Origin: an uncultured Bdellovibrionales bacterium
GTDB taxonomy: Bacteria > Bdellovibrionota_C > UBA2361 > J135
NCBI GenBank assembly: GCA_964523015.1
Contig: CAZFXN010000008.1
Location: 708 to 64,707, forward strand
DNA: 64,000 bases
Direction of reading: 5' to 3'
Below the pieces are notes generated by a model. That model made no database searches. It worked only from the letters and a program-made list of their open reading frames with translations, and was not told the DNA's origin. Made by a program: the position numbers and the translations under genes. Each line of letters begins with the position of its first letter. Within the stretch, counting starts at the first letter, position 1. Of the stretch, positions 20,027 to 31,139 are shown piece after piece.

Positions 20027-21067
20027 ATGACCAATATTATATCACTGAAAATGTCGCAAGACAGGCGATGGATTATACTTCTTGGGCTTTCCGTTCTTTG
20101 TTTTCTTAGCGGCTGTTCCCATAGTGGTTGGATTCCAGTACAAAAATATACAACGCCCATAACAGGAGAAAATTCAACAAGAAATTCAACAAAAGTATCG
20201 CAAGTAGTATGGAAGGAGAGGCATGCTGACAATATCTCACCAGGATATCTTGTTGCGATTAAATCACCAGACGCAAAACTAAATGATAACTTTAGAGTTG
20301 AATTTGATGGTTCATTAAAACTTCCTTATAAAGTGATTATAAATACAACTGACCTTAATGAAGAGCAATTACAGGATACGATTAGAAAGTCTTATAAAGG
20401 ATATTTCCGTTCACTTAACGACATCCAGATTTCGATAGTAAAGAAAGAATATTTTGTAAGTACGCAAGGGCTTGTTCAAAAACCTGGTGAATATGTAGTT
20501 CAAGAAACAAGTTCACTCGATGAAATTATTGCTCAAGCTGGAGGATTGAAGGAGGGCAAGGGAGTAGAGAATACGGCTCAATACGTTCGCATTAGTGGGC
20601 CAAGTGGATCGGGAATTATTAGATTAAGTGATTACTACTCCGGTTCAAAGCAACTTGTGCCACATTGGCAGGGTGGCGAAACAGTTTTCTTTCAGACTGA
20701 GGCTGGCACGGATCCAGCAAGCCCACTAGCTGATTCTCATTCGATTCAGATCATTGGCCAAGTTAGAAATCCTGCCGCATATCAAGCCGAACCAAATGCA
20801 GACTTTTTTACATATCTGGTAAAAGCCGGTGGCCCTACTGATAGAGCAGATCCAAGTAATATTATATTAATCCGCGTTAAAGATAATGTTACTCACGCTC
20901 TTACTTTTGACATGCTTGATGTGGCCAACATTCCACAAATATTACCTGGTGATGCTATCATTGTCAGCGCTGATAATGCTTCACCACTCGAGAAAAAGAG
21001 TAGAGTTGGAGCAAATTTTGCCAATATCCTTACGGCAATAGGCGTTGTTGTGATTGCAGGGTTGTAA
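20027..21067 (+). CDS. Wza-like polysaccharide export outer-membrane lipoprotein (Poly_export + SLBB)
   Basis: Lipobox LSGC after a hydrophobic segment (start possibly M at 20051). Domain pattern is consistent with polysaccharide export proteins. Confidence 0.7.
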   Translation: MTNIISLKMSQDRRWIILLGLSVLCFLSGCSHSGWIPVQKYTTPITGENSTRNSTKVSQVVWKERHADNISPGYLVAIKSPDAKLNDNFRVEFDGSLKLPYKVIINTTDLNEEQLQDTIRKSYKGYFRSLNDIQISIVKKEYFVSTQGLVQKPGEYVVQETSSLDEIIAQAGGLKEGKGVENTAQYVRISGPSGSGIIRLSDYYSGSKQLVPHWQGGETVFFQTEAGTDPASPLADSHSIQIIGQVRNPAAYQAEPNADFFTYLVKAGGPTDRADPSNIILIRVKDNVTHALTFDMLDVANIPQILPGDAIIVSADNASPLEKKSRVGANFANILTAIGVVVIAGL

Positions 21068-21072
21068 TAATT

Positions 21073-21813
21073 ATGAAAGCTTGTATCGCCCAGGAGAATG
21101 TTTCAAAAACTACATTTGAAGATAGCAATCTGGAGAAGAAAGCTAAGAATTTTCTAATTGATTACATTCGATATCCACAATGTAAGCGATTGATTAATCG
21201 AATATTTACGGCCCAAAAGACTAATAATTTTAAAAGCGTGGCTGTTATTAGCCAATTCCCTGAGGAGGGGAAAACAGTTTTTACTGCCGTGTTAGCTTTA
21301 GGATTTCACATGTTTCTCGATAAGCGCGTGCTGATTATGGATACAGTCAGTCAAACTCGTGATGAGTCATTTTATTATAGAGGACTCTTGGGACATTCAT
21401 TATTGGAATTAGATCAGAAGAAAAAACAGAGTTGTATTGATCTTATTACAACTCGCAATGTAGGATCAAAAATTCGCTTCCAACATTTACAAACACCCGA
21501 CAAATCTACAGAAGTAGAAATTCCAGACTTTAATCAAGACCAGGACAGTGATGTCACTTCTGATTTTAAACTCTGTGGGTTTATTGAGTCCATGAAAAGT
21601 AACTACGATCTAATTTTATTAGACACCTGTGCGCTTAGTACAGCAAATAAATATAATTTTGATCCATTGATATTAGCACAGCATGCTGACACTTCAATTC
21701 TCGTAACTACACCTCGTTCTTTGGATCGCGGCTTATTAAAGGAACTAACTCAAGAACTGCGTCGCTATAATGTTTCCTCGCTAGGAATGGTTGTAAATCC
21801 AGTAGTGGCATAA
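21073..21813 (+). CDS. BY-kinase catalytic (CapB/Wzc C-terminal-like P-loop ATPase) subunit
   Basis: Walker A-like FPEEGKTVFTAVLA and Walker B-like DLILLDT. Adjacent to a Wzz-type protein, as in split tyrosine-kinase systems. Confidence 0.55.
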   Translation: MKACIAQENVSKTTFEDSNLEKKAKNFLIDYIRYPQCKRLINRIFTAQKTNNFKSVAVISQFPEEGKTVFTAVLALGFHMFLDKRVLIMDTVSQTRDESFYYRGLLGHSLLELDQKKKQSCIDLITTRNVGSKIRFQHLQTPDKSTEVEIPDFNQDQDSDVTSDFKLCGFIESMKSNYDLILLDTCALSTANKYNFDPLILAQHADTSILVTTPRSLDRGLLKELTQELRRYNVSSLGMVVNPVVA

Positions 21814-21817
21814 AAGT

Positions 21818-22984
21818 ATGGAAACAACCGCAGAAACTATAAATATTAGCAAAATCTTCAGGATAGTTTGGAGTAACATTTATTATATCATCATTGTCAC
21901 TCTTTTATTTGCATTGCTCGGACTTTTTACAGCGTACATCATTCCACATAAGTATAAATCAAAAACCACACTCAATATTCAGGCAAGTTATTTTCAACAT
22001 CCTCTTGTCAGTGATCTTTTATCAGATGTTAGCGATCCCAGTGAATTAAATGCTCAACGGTTGGCTCTTTTGCGATTGGCATTAAGTACTGAATTTCTTG
22101 ATACATTGGGACAAAAATATCAATTATTCAGTCACGCAGGCTCTAATACTCAGCATGCAATTGATCGCGAACTGTTCCTTAAGAAAATTGAATATTTTTC
22201 AGTAAGTCCTACTAGTTTTCAAATTTCTGTTGTTGCAGATACTGCACTTAAATCATATCACATGGCTCAGGATATTTTGGCTCAAATGACCAATACCCTT
22301 ATCGAGCAGCGTTATCAGAGCTTAATGCGTGCCCGTTCTGCAATTTTAAAACAAACGAAACTTCTCAATAGTACCATGAGTAATAGTGGAGCTCTGGTGC
22401 AACGAGCCAATCTTGATCTTCAGCTCAATAAGATGGAAGGAAGTTTAGCAGCTTTGAAAAGTCGACTTGCCGACACTCATCCCCAAGTACAAGCTCTAAA
22501 AAGTCGAACTGCAGCTCTTCGAGCTCAGGTAAGTCACCTGCCAGACCAAGCCAGCGAAACAATTGATGACTATACCAGAGTTTTTCTTAATCCTTCTTCA
22601 CGCACATCAACGCAGGAGATTTACGACGATCTTTTAAAAAAATTGAGTTACTTAAATATTGTTTTAGAAATGGAGCAGGATAGGGAAAGCGTGTCATATC
22701 TTACTGTCATTGAACAACCAACACTGCCGTTCACTCCATTTTTCCCAAATAGTAAAGAATTTGTTTTGCTGGGCGCACTATTTGGAATGTTGCTTACCTT
22801 AATTCGGATCACATACAACGAATTAAAGAGATCAAATGAACTCACCCCACATGAAGCAGCAGAGATTTTCAAACTTGAATTTCTTGGTGAGCTTCCACCA
22901 TTGTTGGAAAAGAATCGGATATTGCTTTTGGAGATTCTACCTAAATCAGTAGTGGCTTTGCCCCTAACTTTGCGGGAGACATAA
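21818..22984 (+). CDS. Wzz/PCP chain-length determinant (transmembrane modulator)
   Basis: N-terminal TM (IIIVTLLFALLGLFTAYII), a long coiled-coil periplasmic region, and a C-terminal TM (LLGALFGMLLTLI). Confidence 0.65.
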   Translation: METTAETINISKIFRIVWSNIYYIIIVTLLFALLGLFTAYIIPHKYKSKTTLNIQASYFQHPLVSDLLSDVSDPSELNAQRLALLRLALSTEFLDTLGQKYQLFSHAGSNTQHAIDRELFLKKIEYFSVSPTSFQISVVADTALKSYHMAQDILAQMTNTLIEQRYQSLMRARSAILKQTKLLNSTMSNSGALVQRANLDLQLNKMEGSLAALKSRLADTHPQVQALKSRTAALRAQVSHLPDQASETIDDYTRVFLNPSSRTSTQEIYDDLLKKLSYLNIVLEMEQDRESVSYLTVIEQPTLPFTPFFPNSKEFVLLGALFGMLLTLIRITYNELKRSNELTPHEAAEIFKLEFLGELPPLLEKNRILLLEILPKSVVALPLTLRET

Positions 22985-22987
22985 CCC

Positions 22988-25900
22988 GTGTATGATAAAT
23001 TATCTTTTACAATCATTTCGATCTTTCTCTTAGTCATCGCGGCATCATTAATTCCATATCTTTGGCCCTCAGACAGGGCCGAGCAGAAATACCCACGATT
23101 ATCTGCAAATAACTTTCTTTACTTAAGTTTATTCATTTTGGTGTTGAACATTTTCTTTGCGTTTATTTTAGGAGCAGACAGTTTAATATTGGCATCGGCA
23201 CTGGCTCTAGGTATAGGGTTAAGTGTGCTTAATCCGGTGGCAATGCTTTGTTTTTTTGTGGCCAATCTCTTTTTACGGCCGTGGGAAGTTCTACCTAATA
23301 ATTACTTTTTGATGTTCTTACCTAGGCTGCTTGCTGGCTTAAGTTTCTGCACCTGGATTTTTCATATGATTCGAACTAGACAGGAACACCTGGTTTGGAA
23401 CAGGCCTTGCTGGTACTTTGTACTATTTTTGGGCTGGCTGGCGATCAGCTGTATGTTTTCTGGCACATCAGAAGCTTCTCTGAATTTCCTTATTGATCAA
23501 TTTTTGCCTATCTCTGTGGTTTCTCTTCTTATACTAAATTCATTTGATAAACCTCGTGATTTGAAAATTTTTTCTCGCACACTAGTACTCTCAGTAGCTG
23601 GAGTAGTTTGTGTGTCTTTATCAATAACGTTGCAGGGCAATCTTCCAGGACATTATTTACGTCTTCACAGCGTTGGCTTATGGGGGAATGCAAATGATTT
23701 AGCAGCACTGATGGTTTTTATCTTGCCACTTACGCTGACTCCCCTCTTTACTAAGAACCTGAATGTTTTTGATTTGATTAAAGCATTATGTATAAGCACT
23801 CTTTTTTTAGTTGGCATCTTATGGTCTGAGTCCAGGGGGGCGATAGCAGCGCTTCTTGTAGGCGGTCTTTGTTATTTTGCTTGCTGCATTAAAACCAAGA
23901 AGACTGCAATCCTTGTTGCTATTTGCATGATTGCATTGCCCATTCTTTTTTATCTTTTGATTGACCGTCAATTCGAAGATTTATCTGGCTCCAATATATC
24001 ACGCAGCAATTACTTTATAGCCGGTTTGCGAATGGCCAAGGATCATCCACTTTTTGGTGTGGGCATCACCAATTATCCGCACTTATATGAAAATTATGCT
24101 TCGGTGTTTTATGAATGGGGCAATCGAACGGCACATTCGAGCTGGATACTGGTACTCGCTGAAGCCGGAATAATCGGACTTTTTCTATTTGCCGGATTGT
24201 ATTTTTCAAGTTTGCGCTATGCCTGGTACATGCGAAAAACATTTCCACAATTTCTATTAGCGATGGTTTGTTATGGTGTAGCGATGAGTTTTCTTTCTCA
24301 TACCTATCTATTTTTGCCCTACATCCTTATGGCTTTTGTAGTTGCCTCTGCCAGAATTTATTCTTTAACTCCGCCTACTGCCAAGGTCATCGCAATTTTG
24401 GCTTTGCTTACTTTGAGTCTTAATCCTACTGCAGAAGCACAAGAGGTCCAGAGTCTGGAAGCATCAGCTGGTGCTGATAAACCGATCGGAAAATATTTAC
24501 CAAAAACATCGTCCCAATTAACGCTTAAGGGCTCGCGTGGTGAAACACTCCTATTCCTTATAAAGGCTACAGGGAAAGGTTGTATTCCTATTTCACTATC
24601 CATGCCGCTTAATATTCAAAATTATGCGACAGGAAATTTTTATGTACTTCCACTGATTCAGACTGAACAGCCATCATTTCCAGGCGCATTTGTCGGCAAC
24701 CAACTTGATCCAGTTGTGCCAATTTCTTCCGGCACTTCCTGCTTAGCTCTAGAAAAAGATAATTGGTTTTTGGGCGAACTCAAAATTCATTCCGAATTAC
24801 TGCCAGGAAGTTATAAGGGAACGATTGTAGTCGGAGAAAAAAATATTCCTCTGACTTTAATTGTCTGGAAGATGACAATTCCTGAACAACCACATTTACC
24901 AGCCTATGCCGAAATGACACCTTGGTTTGGATTGCTTGGTCATTACGGTAAATGGCATGAGGGCGAGGGGGAACTTGCACAAGCTTATGAAGTTGCCATG
25001 AGAGACCACCGTATTTACCCCTTAAAATCAACTGTTGCACCGCTTGAATTCAAAGAAAGTGGTTCAAGTACATTGTTGGATATTACAGAAAAACCTACCC
25101 GGCAAACTTCTTTTAAATCAGTCGTGCTTGATCAGAGACCTCAATGGGCTTATTACGATTTCCCGACAGTCGGCTCTTCAGGTTTTGATCCAATTGATTT
25201 CGAAAAAGCGCAGCTATATTTCAGTGCAGTTGAGAAAACTATCGCTACAATACCAAGACCCGGCAAAGCACTGGTTTATCTTTGGGATGAGCCAAAACCA
25301 GATGCGATGAGTCAATTGAGCAAACTCTCTCAGTTGGTCAAAAAGTTTGCACCCTCGCTCAAACAATTAGTCACGATCACATATCAGCCTGAGCTTGCAA
25401 ATTCGATCGATATATTCGTACCAGTGATTAATCATTTTGATGTCCCAGGTTTCCCCTCCCCAACTATTTATCAAGAGTTTCAAAAAAAAGGACATGAAGT
25501 TTGGTGGTATGTAAGCTGTATGAGTCATGGTTGTGAGGCACTTGCTGATACTGGTGTACCCGATATGGTGTTGGATCGCTCTTCGGCATACGTTCGCGTT
25601 ATTGGATGGCTATCTATGAAATACAAGATAGATGGTTTTCTTTATTACAGTGTCAATAACGGGTACCAGTATTTTCCAAAGCGCGATCCGTGGAATAGTT
25701 TGTGGGATTTTTCTGGCAATGGTGATGGCACACTTTTTTATCCAGGTCGACCAGGCGAGCATGGTCTCCAAGATCATATTCCAATTGCCTCATTACGACT
25801 AAAACTTTGGCGAGAGAGTTCTTATGATGCTGAGTATATTAACTGGATGGAGAAACTAAAAACGAAACCCAACTGGTGGACCTCAGAATTTAATGACCTG

Positions 25901-26002
25901 GTCAGATCAACCACAGCTTGGTCTCGTGACTATTCAAATTATCAGAAACTGAGAGACAAGATTGGAACATATCTTAATACAGCAGAGGTAAACACAATAT
26001 GA
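22988..26002 (+). CDS. Wzy-like polymerase/O-antigen-ligase-family membrane domain fused to ~540-aa C-terminal soluble domain of unknown function
   Basis: GTG start 3 bp after the Wzz stop. First ~460 aa are polytopic with a Wzy_C-like ...SESRGAIAALLVGG... motif. C-terminal half is hydrophilic. ATGA overlap with the downstream GT2. Confidence 0.6.
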   Translation: MYDKLSFTIISIFLLVIAASLIPYLWPSDRAEQKYPRLSANNFLYLSLFILVLNIFFAFILGADSLILASALALGIGLSVLNPVAMLCFFVANLFLRPWEVLPNNYFLMFLPRLLAGLSFCTWIFHMIRTRQEHLVWNRPCWYFVLFLGWLAISCMFSGTSEASLNFLIDQFLPISVVSLLILNSFDKPRDLKIFSRTLVLSVAGVVCVSLSITLQGNLPGHYLRLHSVGLWGNANDLAALMVFILPLTLTPLFTKNLNVFDLIKALCISTLFLVGILWSESRGAIAALLVGGLCYFACCIKTKKTAILVAICMIALPILFYLLIDRQFEDLSGSNISRSNYFIAGLRMAKDHPLFGVGITNYPHLYENYASVFYEWGNRTAHSSWILVLAEAGIIGLFLFAGLYFSSLRYAWYMRKTFPQFLLAMVCYGVAMSFLSHTYLFLPYILMAFVVASARIYSLTPPTAKVIAILALLTLSLNPTAEAQEVQSLEASAGADKPIGKYLPKTSSQLTLKGSRGETLLFLIKATGKGCIPISLSMPLNIQNYATGNFYVLPLIQTEQPSFPGAFVGNQLDPVVPISSGTSCLALEKDNWFLGELKIHSELLPGSYKGTIVVGEKNIPLTLIVWKMTIPEQPHLPAYAEMTPWFGLLGHYGKWHEGEGELAQAYEVAMRDHRIYPLKSTVAPLEFKESGSSTLLDITEKPTRQTSFKSVVLDQRPQWAYYDFPTVGSSGFDPIDFEKAQLYFSAVEKTIATIPRPGKALVYLWDEPKPDAMSQLSKLSQLVKKFAPSLKQLVTITYQPELANSIDIFVPVINHFDVPGFPSPTIYQEFQKKGHEVWWYVSCMSHGCEALADTGVPDMVLDRSSAYVRVIGWLSMKYKIDGFLYYSVNNGYQYFPKRDPWNSLWDFSGNGDGTLFYPGRPGEHGLQDHIPIASLRLKLWRESSYDAEYINWMEKLKTKPNWWTSEFNDLVRSTTAWSRDYSNYQKLRDKIGTYLNTAEVNTI

Positions 26003-27033
26003 GTCGTGTTACCGTTATTCTTCCTCTTTTCAATAAAGCAAAATATATAGCCCGCGCCATTGATTCGATTCTTAACCAAAGTTTTTCCGATTTTGAATTG
26101 ATTATTGTTGATGACGGATCTACAGATGGTAGTTCCGAGATTGCAGCACGTTACCAAGATGCAAAAGTCAAAATTATTTCTCAACCAAATGCTGGCCCAG
26201 GCGCTGCTAGAAATAGCGGCCTACGACAAGCCCAAGGAGAGTTGATAGCCTTTTTGGATGGAGATGATGAATGGCATCCTAATTATCTCGAGGAGAGTGT
26301 GGCATTGCTTGACATGTCTTCACCAGAAACAGCATCAGTTACATCGGGCTATGTCGAGTATCCTCGAGGAAAGTCGCGTACTGCCATGTGGCTTAAACGC
26401 GGAATTCGAAATAGAGAATTTCTTTTGTCAGCTTACATGTCTCCTCTGACAGTCGTATATTTTCTTGCTTATATGTCCTCTTGGTCGACTCTTACCAAAC
26501 GTTCTGTTCTTGAGCGTTGGGGTGGATTTTATAGTGATGATCACTGTACATACGCAGAGGATTCTTTTCTCTGGCTTAAAATTCTTTTAAATGAACGAGT
26601 TAGATTTAGTCTTACCCCCCGAGTTAACTATCATCGTGAAGCATCGAGCCTTAGTCAATCCCTAGTTGCACCACATCCAGTAGAACCATTTCTCCTGTTC
26701 CCTGAAAAAATAAGAGAAAGTTGTCCACTCGAGTTGCGAAGTCTGCTCGAGCAGGTGCTAGCTATTCGAGCACTCAAAACTGCATGTGTTCTCGGTTTTT
26801 GGGGAAAGTGGCAGGAAGCGAGGCATCTCATGCATAAGTTTCCAACTAATCAGGTTTGGAGAACTCCTCATTATACCCCAGCGCTTATTTGCTCTACACC
26901 CTTTGGAGCCGCCTTTGGAAGAATGTACCAAAGCAAAACAGATTTTGCTGATTTCTTGACAAGCCTTCGGCTTGGCAGAATTTTTAATAATGCTTTGGTA
27001 TTTATTGTTTGGCTCAATTTCTGGCGAAATTGA
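25999..27033 (+). CDS. Glycosyltransferase family 2
   Basis: VTVILPLFNKAKYIARAIDSILNQSFSDFELIIVDDGSTDGS is the canonical GT2 N-terminus. Confidence 0.85.
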   Translation: MSRVTVILPLFNKAKYIARAIDSILNQSFSDFELIIVDDGSTDGSSEIAARYQDAKVKIISQPNAGPGAARNSGLRQAQGELIAFLDGDDEWHPNYLEESVALLDMSSPETASVTSGYVEYPRGKSRTAMWLKRGIRNREFLLSAYMSPLTVVYFLAYMSSWSTLTKRSVLERWGGFYSDDHCTYAEDSFLWLKILLNERVRFSLTPRVNYHREASSLSQSLVAPHPVEPFLLFPEKIRESCPLELRSLLEQVLAIRALKTACVLGFWGKWQEARHLMHKFPTNQVWRTPHYTPALICSTPFGAAFGRMYQSKTDFADFLTSLRLGRIFNNALVFIVWLNFWRN

Positions 27034-27069
27034 GCTGATGCAGGCAATTGCAGATGGAGAAAAACGTCA

Positions 27070-28200
27070 ATGCATGATGTAGCGCATTCACTGAAAGGAA
27101 AAGATGTAACATCATTCGATGTGATCCAATCTTATGACAATGTTTTTAACATGACAAATATTATTCCGCGCCAACTAAGGCGTGGGATAAGATCTATGTT
27201 AGAGAATATCTCTCGAGGAGTATTAAGTGAGTACTACTCCGGCTTATGTAGTTGTCTTTTGTACCATCGTGTTGGACCTGCAAAATTCCAGCCGGATCAA
27301 TCGAATCCATATTCTGGGCTTACTGTTTCGTCTGAAAGTTTTGATGAACAGATGTATTACGTTAAGAATAATTTTAATTGCCTTTCTCTCTCAAAGGCGG
27401 TCGAGCTTTTGAGCATCGGGGCACTACCAGCTCGGAGTTTGGTAATAACATTTGATGATGGCTACAAGGATAATTTAACTACAGCTCTTCCAATTCTTGA
27501 GAAATATGAACTACCTGCAACATGTTATATCACGACGGGGCTTGTTGATCGGACCTCTGAATTATGGTGGTACGAGCAGAACTTTATAATACTAAATTCT
27601 ACAAAGCTCGATTTTAAATGGAACGGGAAAGTCTTCAAACGATCTCTTCAATCGCTTCGTGAAAAGCATGTAGCTATCTATGATTTCAATAAATTATTTA
27701 AAAGATTGTCGCTTTCTCAGCAAAAAAGTTTTATGCAAGTATTGAGAGCTCAATCATCTCACACATATTCCTATAATGATGAGATTTTAACCTGGTCTGA
27801 AGTAGAAAAGCTTGATCGTCATCCGCTTATCACCATTGGTGCCCACACCACTAATCATCCAGCCTTGAGCCTTTTGGATAAGGATGATTTGTTGAATGAA
27901 TTGTGCGAATCCAAAGAGCGACTTGAAGTGAAACTCGGACACCCGATTGGTCATTTGGCTTATCCATTTGGCGGTAAAAGTGAAGTTGGGAAGCGTGAAT
28001 TCGAGGCAGCACGGGAGAGTGGCTTCATTTCAGCTGTTACAACCCAACATGGGCATCTTTATCAACAACATCAGGAACATCTCTGTGCTCTTCCCCGAAT
28101 TTCAATCAACTATGAAGATTCTATTGAGAGCTTTGCCTGGAAGTTAAGCGGAATTTATTCGATGTTCCGCCAGCAAGGCCGAAGAATCATGGTCGGCTGA
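27070..28200 (+). CDS. Polysaccharide deacetylase (NodB/CE4 family)
   Basis: ITFDDGYKDN (TFDDG motif) plus a downstream His-containing NodB motif region. Confidence 0.8.
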   Translation: MHDVAHSLKGKDVTSFDVIQSYDNVFNMTNIIPRQLRRGIRSMLENISRGVLSEYYSGLCSCLLYHRVGPAKFQPDQSNPYSGLTVSSESFDEQMYYVKNNFNCLSLSKAVELLSIGALPARSLVITFDDGYKDNLTTALPILEKYELPATCYITTGLVDRTSELWWYEQNFIILNSTKLDFKWNGKVFKRSLQSLREKHVAIYDFNKLFKRLSLSQQKSFMQVLRAQSSHTYSYNDEILTWSEVEKLDRHPLITIGAHTTNHPALSLLDKDDLLNELCESKERLEVKLGHPIGHLAYPFGGKSEVGKREFEAARESGFISAVTTQHGHLYQQHQEHLCALPRISINYEDSIESFAWKLSGIYSMFRQQGRRIMVG

Positions 28201-28454
28201 TTTCTATGCAAGTTTCTTCTTAGTATTGGGTCAATGTTGCCACCTAATGGGGGCATAAATAAGACATAAAGAGTATCCGCGTAACCCGTGCTTGAAAATA
28301 TATCCAACATATCCAGCATAGTCTGAGTTCAGCACGCGCATTCTTCTCTTTCAAAATTCAGTGATTATCCGGCATGACAATTGCACTGACACCGGTGCTA
28401 AGTTCACATCGATAGAGATAATAAAAATTTGCCTTGCGGTTTTAAGAGGGAAAG

Positions 28455-29906
28455 ATGCGGTTTTTCATTACGTCATTATTTACATGCGGTCTTTTTATTT
28501 TTCAGCTATCTGCTGTACAGTCGAGCTGGGGTATGCCCCAGAAGCGGATAAGAATCACGCAGAAAAATATTGATCGCATTACTACTATCTCAGATTTAAA
28601 CGCCTTTAATCTTAACGGAGCTTGTTTTCAGAAAAAAGCCACGGCGATGCTAGGCGTAATACGCGGCCATTATTTTATTAGGCCTGTAAAATCACAATTA
28701 TCGAAAAATATTTCTTATCTCTCAAATAAAAATAAGATTTTGAAAGTTGAAATAGCTCAGACTATAAAAGCAGCAGCACATAAATGTAAAGCGGCGGCAA
28801 AAGTAGCAGCACGTAAATGTAAACGCGCCTGCCCAACACCAACTCCATCATTGACTCCCACTCCGAGTCCGTCTCCTAGCCCGACAGTTACGCCATCTCC
28901 CTCAATGAGTCCATCGCCTTCTCCCTCTGCGAGTCCATCAGCCTCGCCCTCAGTAAGTCCGTCACCTTCGCCTTCGCTGGTTCCAATTCCTGAACTAGCA
29001 CAATGGGAAGCACAGATGACAAGTTATGGAAGTCTTCATTGTCAGAATCTCAATAATCCAAATATTAATTTTGATACTCACTTAGCAGCTACGTACTATG
29101 ATGCAGAATGGGTTTTCTACCAGATCGGTGACTACACAGGAGATAATACTTGGTACAATTGTGCCCAAGCTGCTGAATCTGTTTACCGCGATAACTATGT
29201 TGCTCCAAACAACGGAACCGTACCTGGATATTGGGGATTTAGTCACGGAGTAACCAAAGATTACCTTACAACCCAAGATACTGAGTCTCATGATACGGTT
29301 GTGTTACTTTCCCAGAACCAAGCATATGCACCAGACTGGACACCCCTCAGTTGGACTCAAAATGCCAACATGAGTCGAGAAGTTGCTTATGCCATTATGA
29401 GTTATCTAAATGCGGAAAAAGTTGGGGAAGCTCATCGGCCTAGATGTGAACAATTAGTGGATCAGTCACTCAATCACCTTGATCAATGGTTTGTGTCACA
29501 AACTGCAGATTATGTAAGGCCTTTTATGTTTGCACTAACTGCACAAGCTTTAATTAGTTACGATGCCCAAATAGGTGGCAATGCACAGATTCTTCCTGCT
29601 CTAGAAAATGGAGCCAACTGGATTTGGGATCATACCTGGCAGCCGGCAAGTCAAGCTTTTATGTATACAGATCATAATGTTCCATCTGGGGATACCTCTC
29701 CGGCTCCTGATCTGAACCTGCTTATTGCTCCTGTTTATGCCTGGTTATGGCATCAAACTGGGAATCCTATTTATCGCGACAGAGCCGATCAGATCTTTGC
29801 CGGTGGAATAGTTGGAGCTTGGTTAGTTAATGGCAAGCAGTTTAATCAAAACTACCGCTGGAGCTTTGACTATATTAAGTGGCGTTCATTACCGACTCTT
29901 CATTAA
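28455..29906 (+). CDS. Secreted protein: N-terminal domain + Pro/Ser/Thr-rich linker + C-terminal domain paralogous to 7036-8040
   Basis: Signal peptide, a 48-aa PT/PS linker (28840-28980), and a C-terminal ~300 aa homologous to the lipoprotein at 7036-8040. Confidence 0.6.
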   Translation: MRFFITSLFTCGLFIFQLSAVQSSWGMPQKRIRITQKNIDRITTISDLNAFNLNGACFQKKATAMLGVIRGHYFIRPVKSQLSKNISYLSNKNKILKVEIAQTIKAAAHKCKAAAKVAARKCKRACPTPTPSLTPTPSPSPSPTVTPSPSMSPSPSPSASPSASPSVSPSPSPSLVPIPELAQWEAQMTSYGSLHCQNLNNPNINFDTHLAATYYDAEWVFYQIGDYTGDNTWYNCAQAAESVYRDNYVAPNNGTVPGYWGFSHGVTKDYLTTQDTESHDTVVLLSQNQAYAPDWTPLSWTQNANMSREVAYAIMSYLNAEKVGEAHRPRCEQLVDQSLNHLDQWFVSQTADYVRPFMFALTAQALISYDAQIGGNAQILPALENGANWIWDHTWQPASQAFMYTDHNVPSGDTSPAPDLNLLIAPVYAWLWHQTGNPIYRDRADQIFAGGIVGAWLVNGKQFNQNYRWSFDYIKWRSLPTLH

Positions 29907-31036
29907 GAAGCATTGTTGTTCAGTAAGATACTAGGCTCAGCAGTGATCATTGATCGAATATTTTTTAATTTAATAACTGTTGATACTAAAGATTTTCCCA
30001 TGAGATTATCCAAGCTCATAGCTATAGACGTGATCTGGCGTCGCTCTATCCACAAACGTTTTAACATTGTGTGTTCGGGCTGGGCAAAAGAATCAACCCA
30101 ATGGATATCTGTCTGAACTTGAATTTGACGAAGATGCTCAATCTCCAGGAGTACGCCGGGCGAGTATTGTGCGTAAGCCTCATCGTAAGCTATTTTAAAT
30201 GAGAATACTCCGTCGCCACTTTTAAAACCGCAACGCATGGCAATAGGTTTATTATCTAAGGTCATCATAAAAAGCATGAGGGTTTCAGCATTCGCTGCAT
30301 TCTCTGTAATTTTTTGAAAAAAATGTTTCTCATTTCCTCGGTGAGCCATTGCCGTACCCTCGACACCTTTCCATCCACTTTCTTCTAACTTAAGAAAACT
30401 ATCAATCCATTCCGATAAGCCATCACTCTTAGTAAACTTGCGATATTGAACTGCACCGATCATTGCGAGTTTTGCGCTTTTTTTCTTAATGTCTTTGAGA
30501 TGTTTCGATGATATTGCCCTTCTGAGATATCCTTCGCCGTCGCCATTTGATTTCAAAACTGGACGCTCATATTGCTCTAGAACTTCGATCTCTAAATTAT
30601 TCTCTTCGGCAAAGCGTTTCAATTGAACATAAAATGGACCTTCAGACGCAATGTGTTCAAACCGAAAGACAAAACGTCCCTGCGACTGCTGTGAAAGCCA
30701 AGCAAAGAATGTACTCAAACACTCTTGTTCGCAGCCGACACGAATGAGAGGTGTACAAAGAAAGCAATGTATATGTCGCCATAAACTGTAATAATGAATG
30801 GGCAGATGATGATAGCCGTGTTTTTCTTCAAGTGGAAAAACTCCCACCAGGGATTTTTCATCAGAAGACCAGACCATCACGATCAGTACTTTTTCACTCC
30901 TTAGAAGCTCAAAAGCAGGAAGCAACATTCCACTCTCGTAGAATACATTTTCTGATATTACCTCAGTTGCTAATTCGTTAATGTGTTGAGCAACTCGTTT
31001 GAGTTCCTCAATAGTTGAGATGGCAACTGCTTTCAA
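29903..31036 (-). CDS. GNAT-fold CelD/BcsL-like acetyltransferase (second copy in locus)
   Basis: Size and pattern similar to 12511-13683. Embedded in the EPS locus on the opposite strand. Confidence 0.45.
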   Translation of the reverse strand: MKAVAISTIEELKRVAQHINELATEVISENVFYESGMLLPAFELLRSEKVLIVMVWSSDEKSLVGVFPLEEKHGYHHLPIHYYSLWRHIHCFLCTPLIRVGCEQECLSTFFAWLSQQSQGRFVFRFEHIASEGPFYVQLKRFAEENNLEIEVLEQYERPVLKSNGDGEGYLRRAISSKHLKDIKKKSAKLAMIGAVQYRKFTKSDGLSEWIDSFLKLEESGWKGVEGTAMAHRGNEKHFFQKITENAANAETLMLFMMTLDNKPIAMRCGFKSGDGVFSFKIAYDEAYAQYSPGVLLEIEHLRQIQVQTDIHWVDSFAQPEHTMLKRLWIERRQITSIAMSLDNLMGKSLVSTVIKLKNIRSMITAEPSILLNNNAS

Positions 31037-31139
31037 GTCATTCCTGACATTTAAAAGGTTAATATTATAGGTATATTTTCACATTGAGTATAAGCAAGAT
31101 CATACTGGCCTGCTGAAGGATAAACTAAATTCGCATCTC

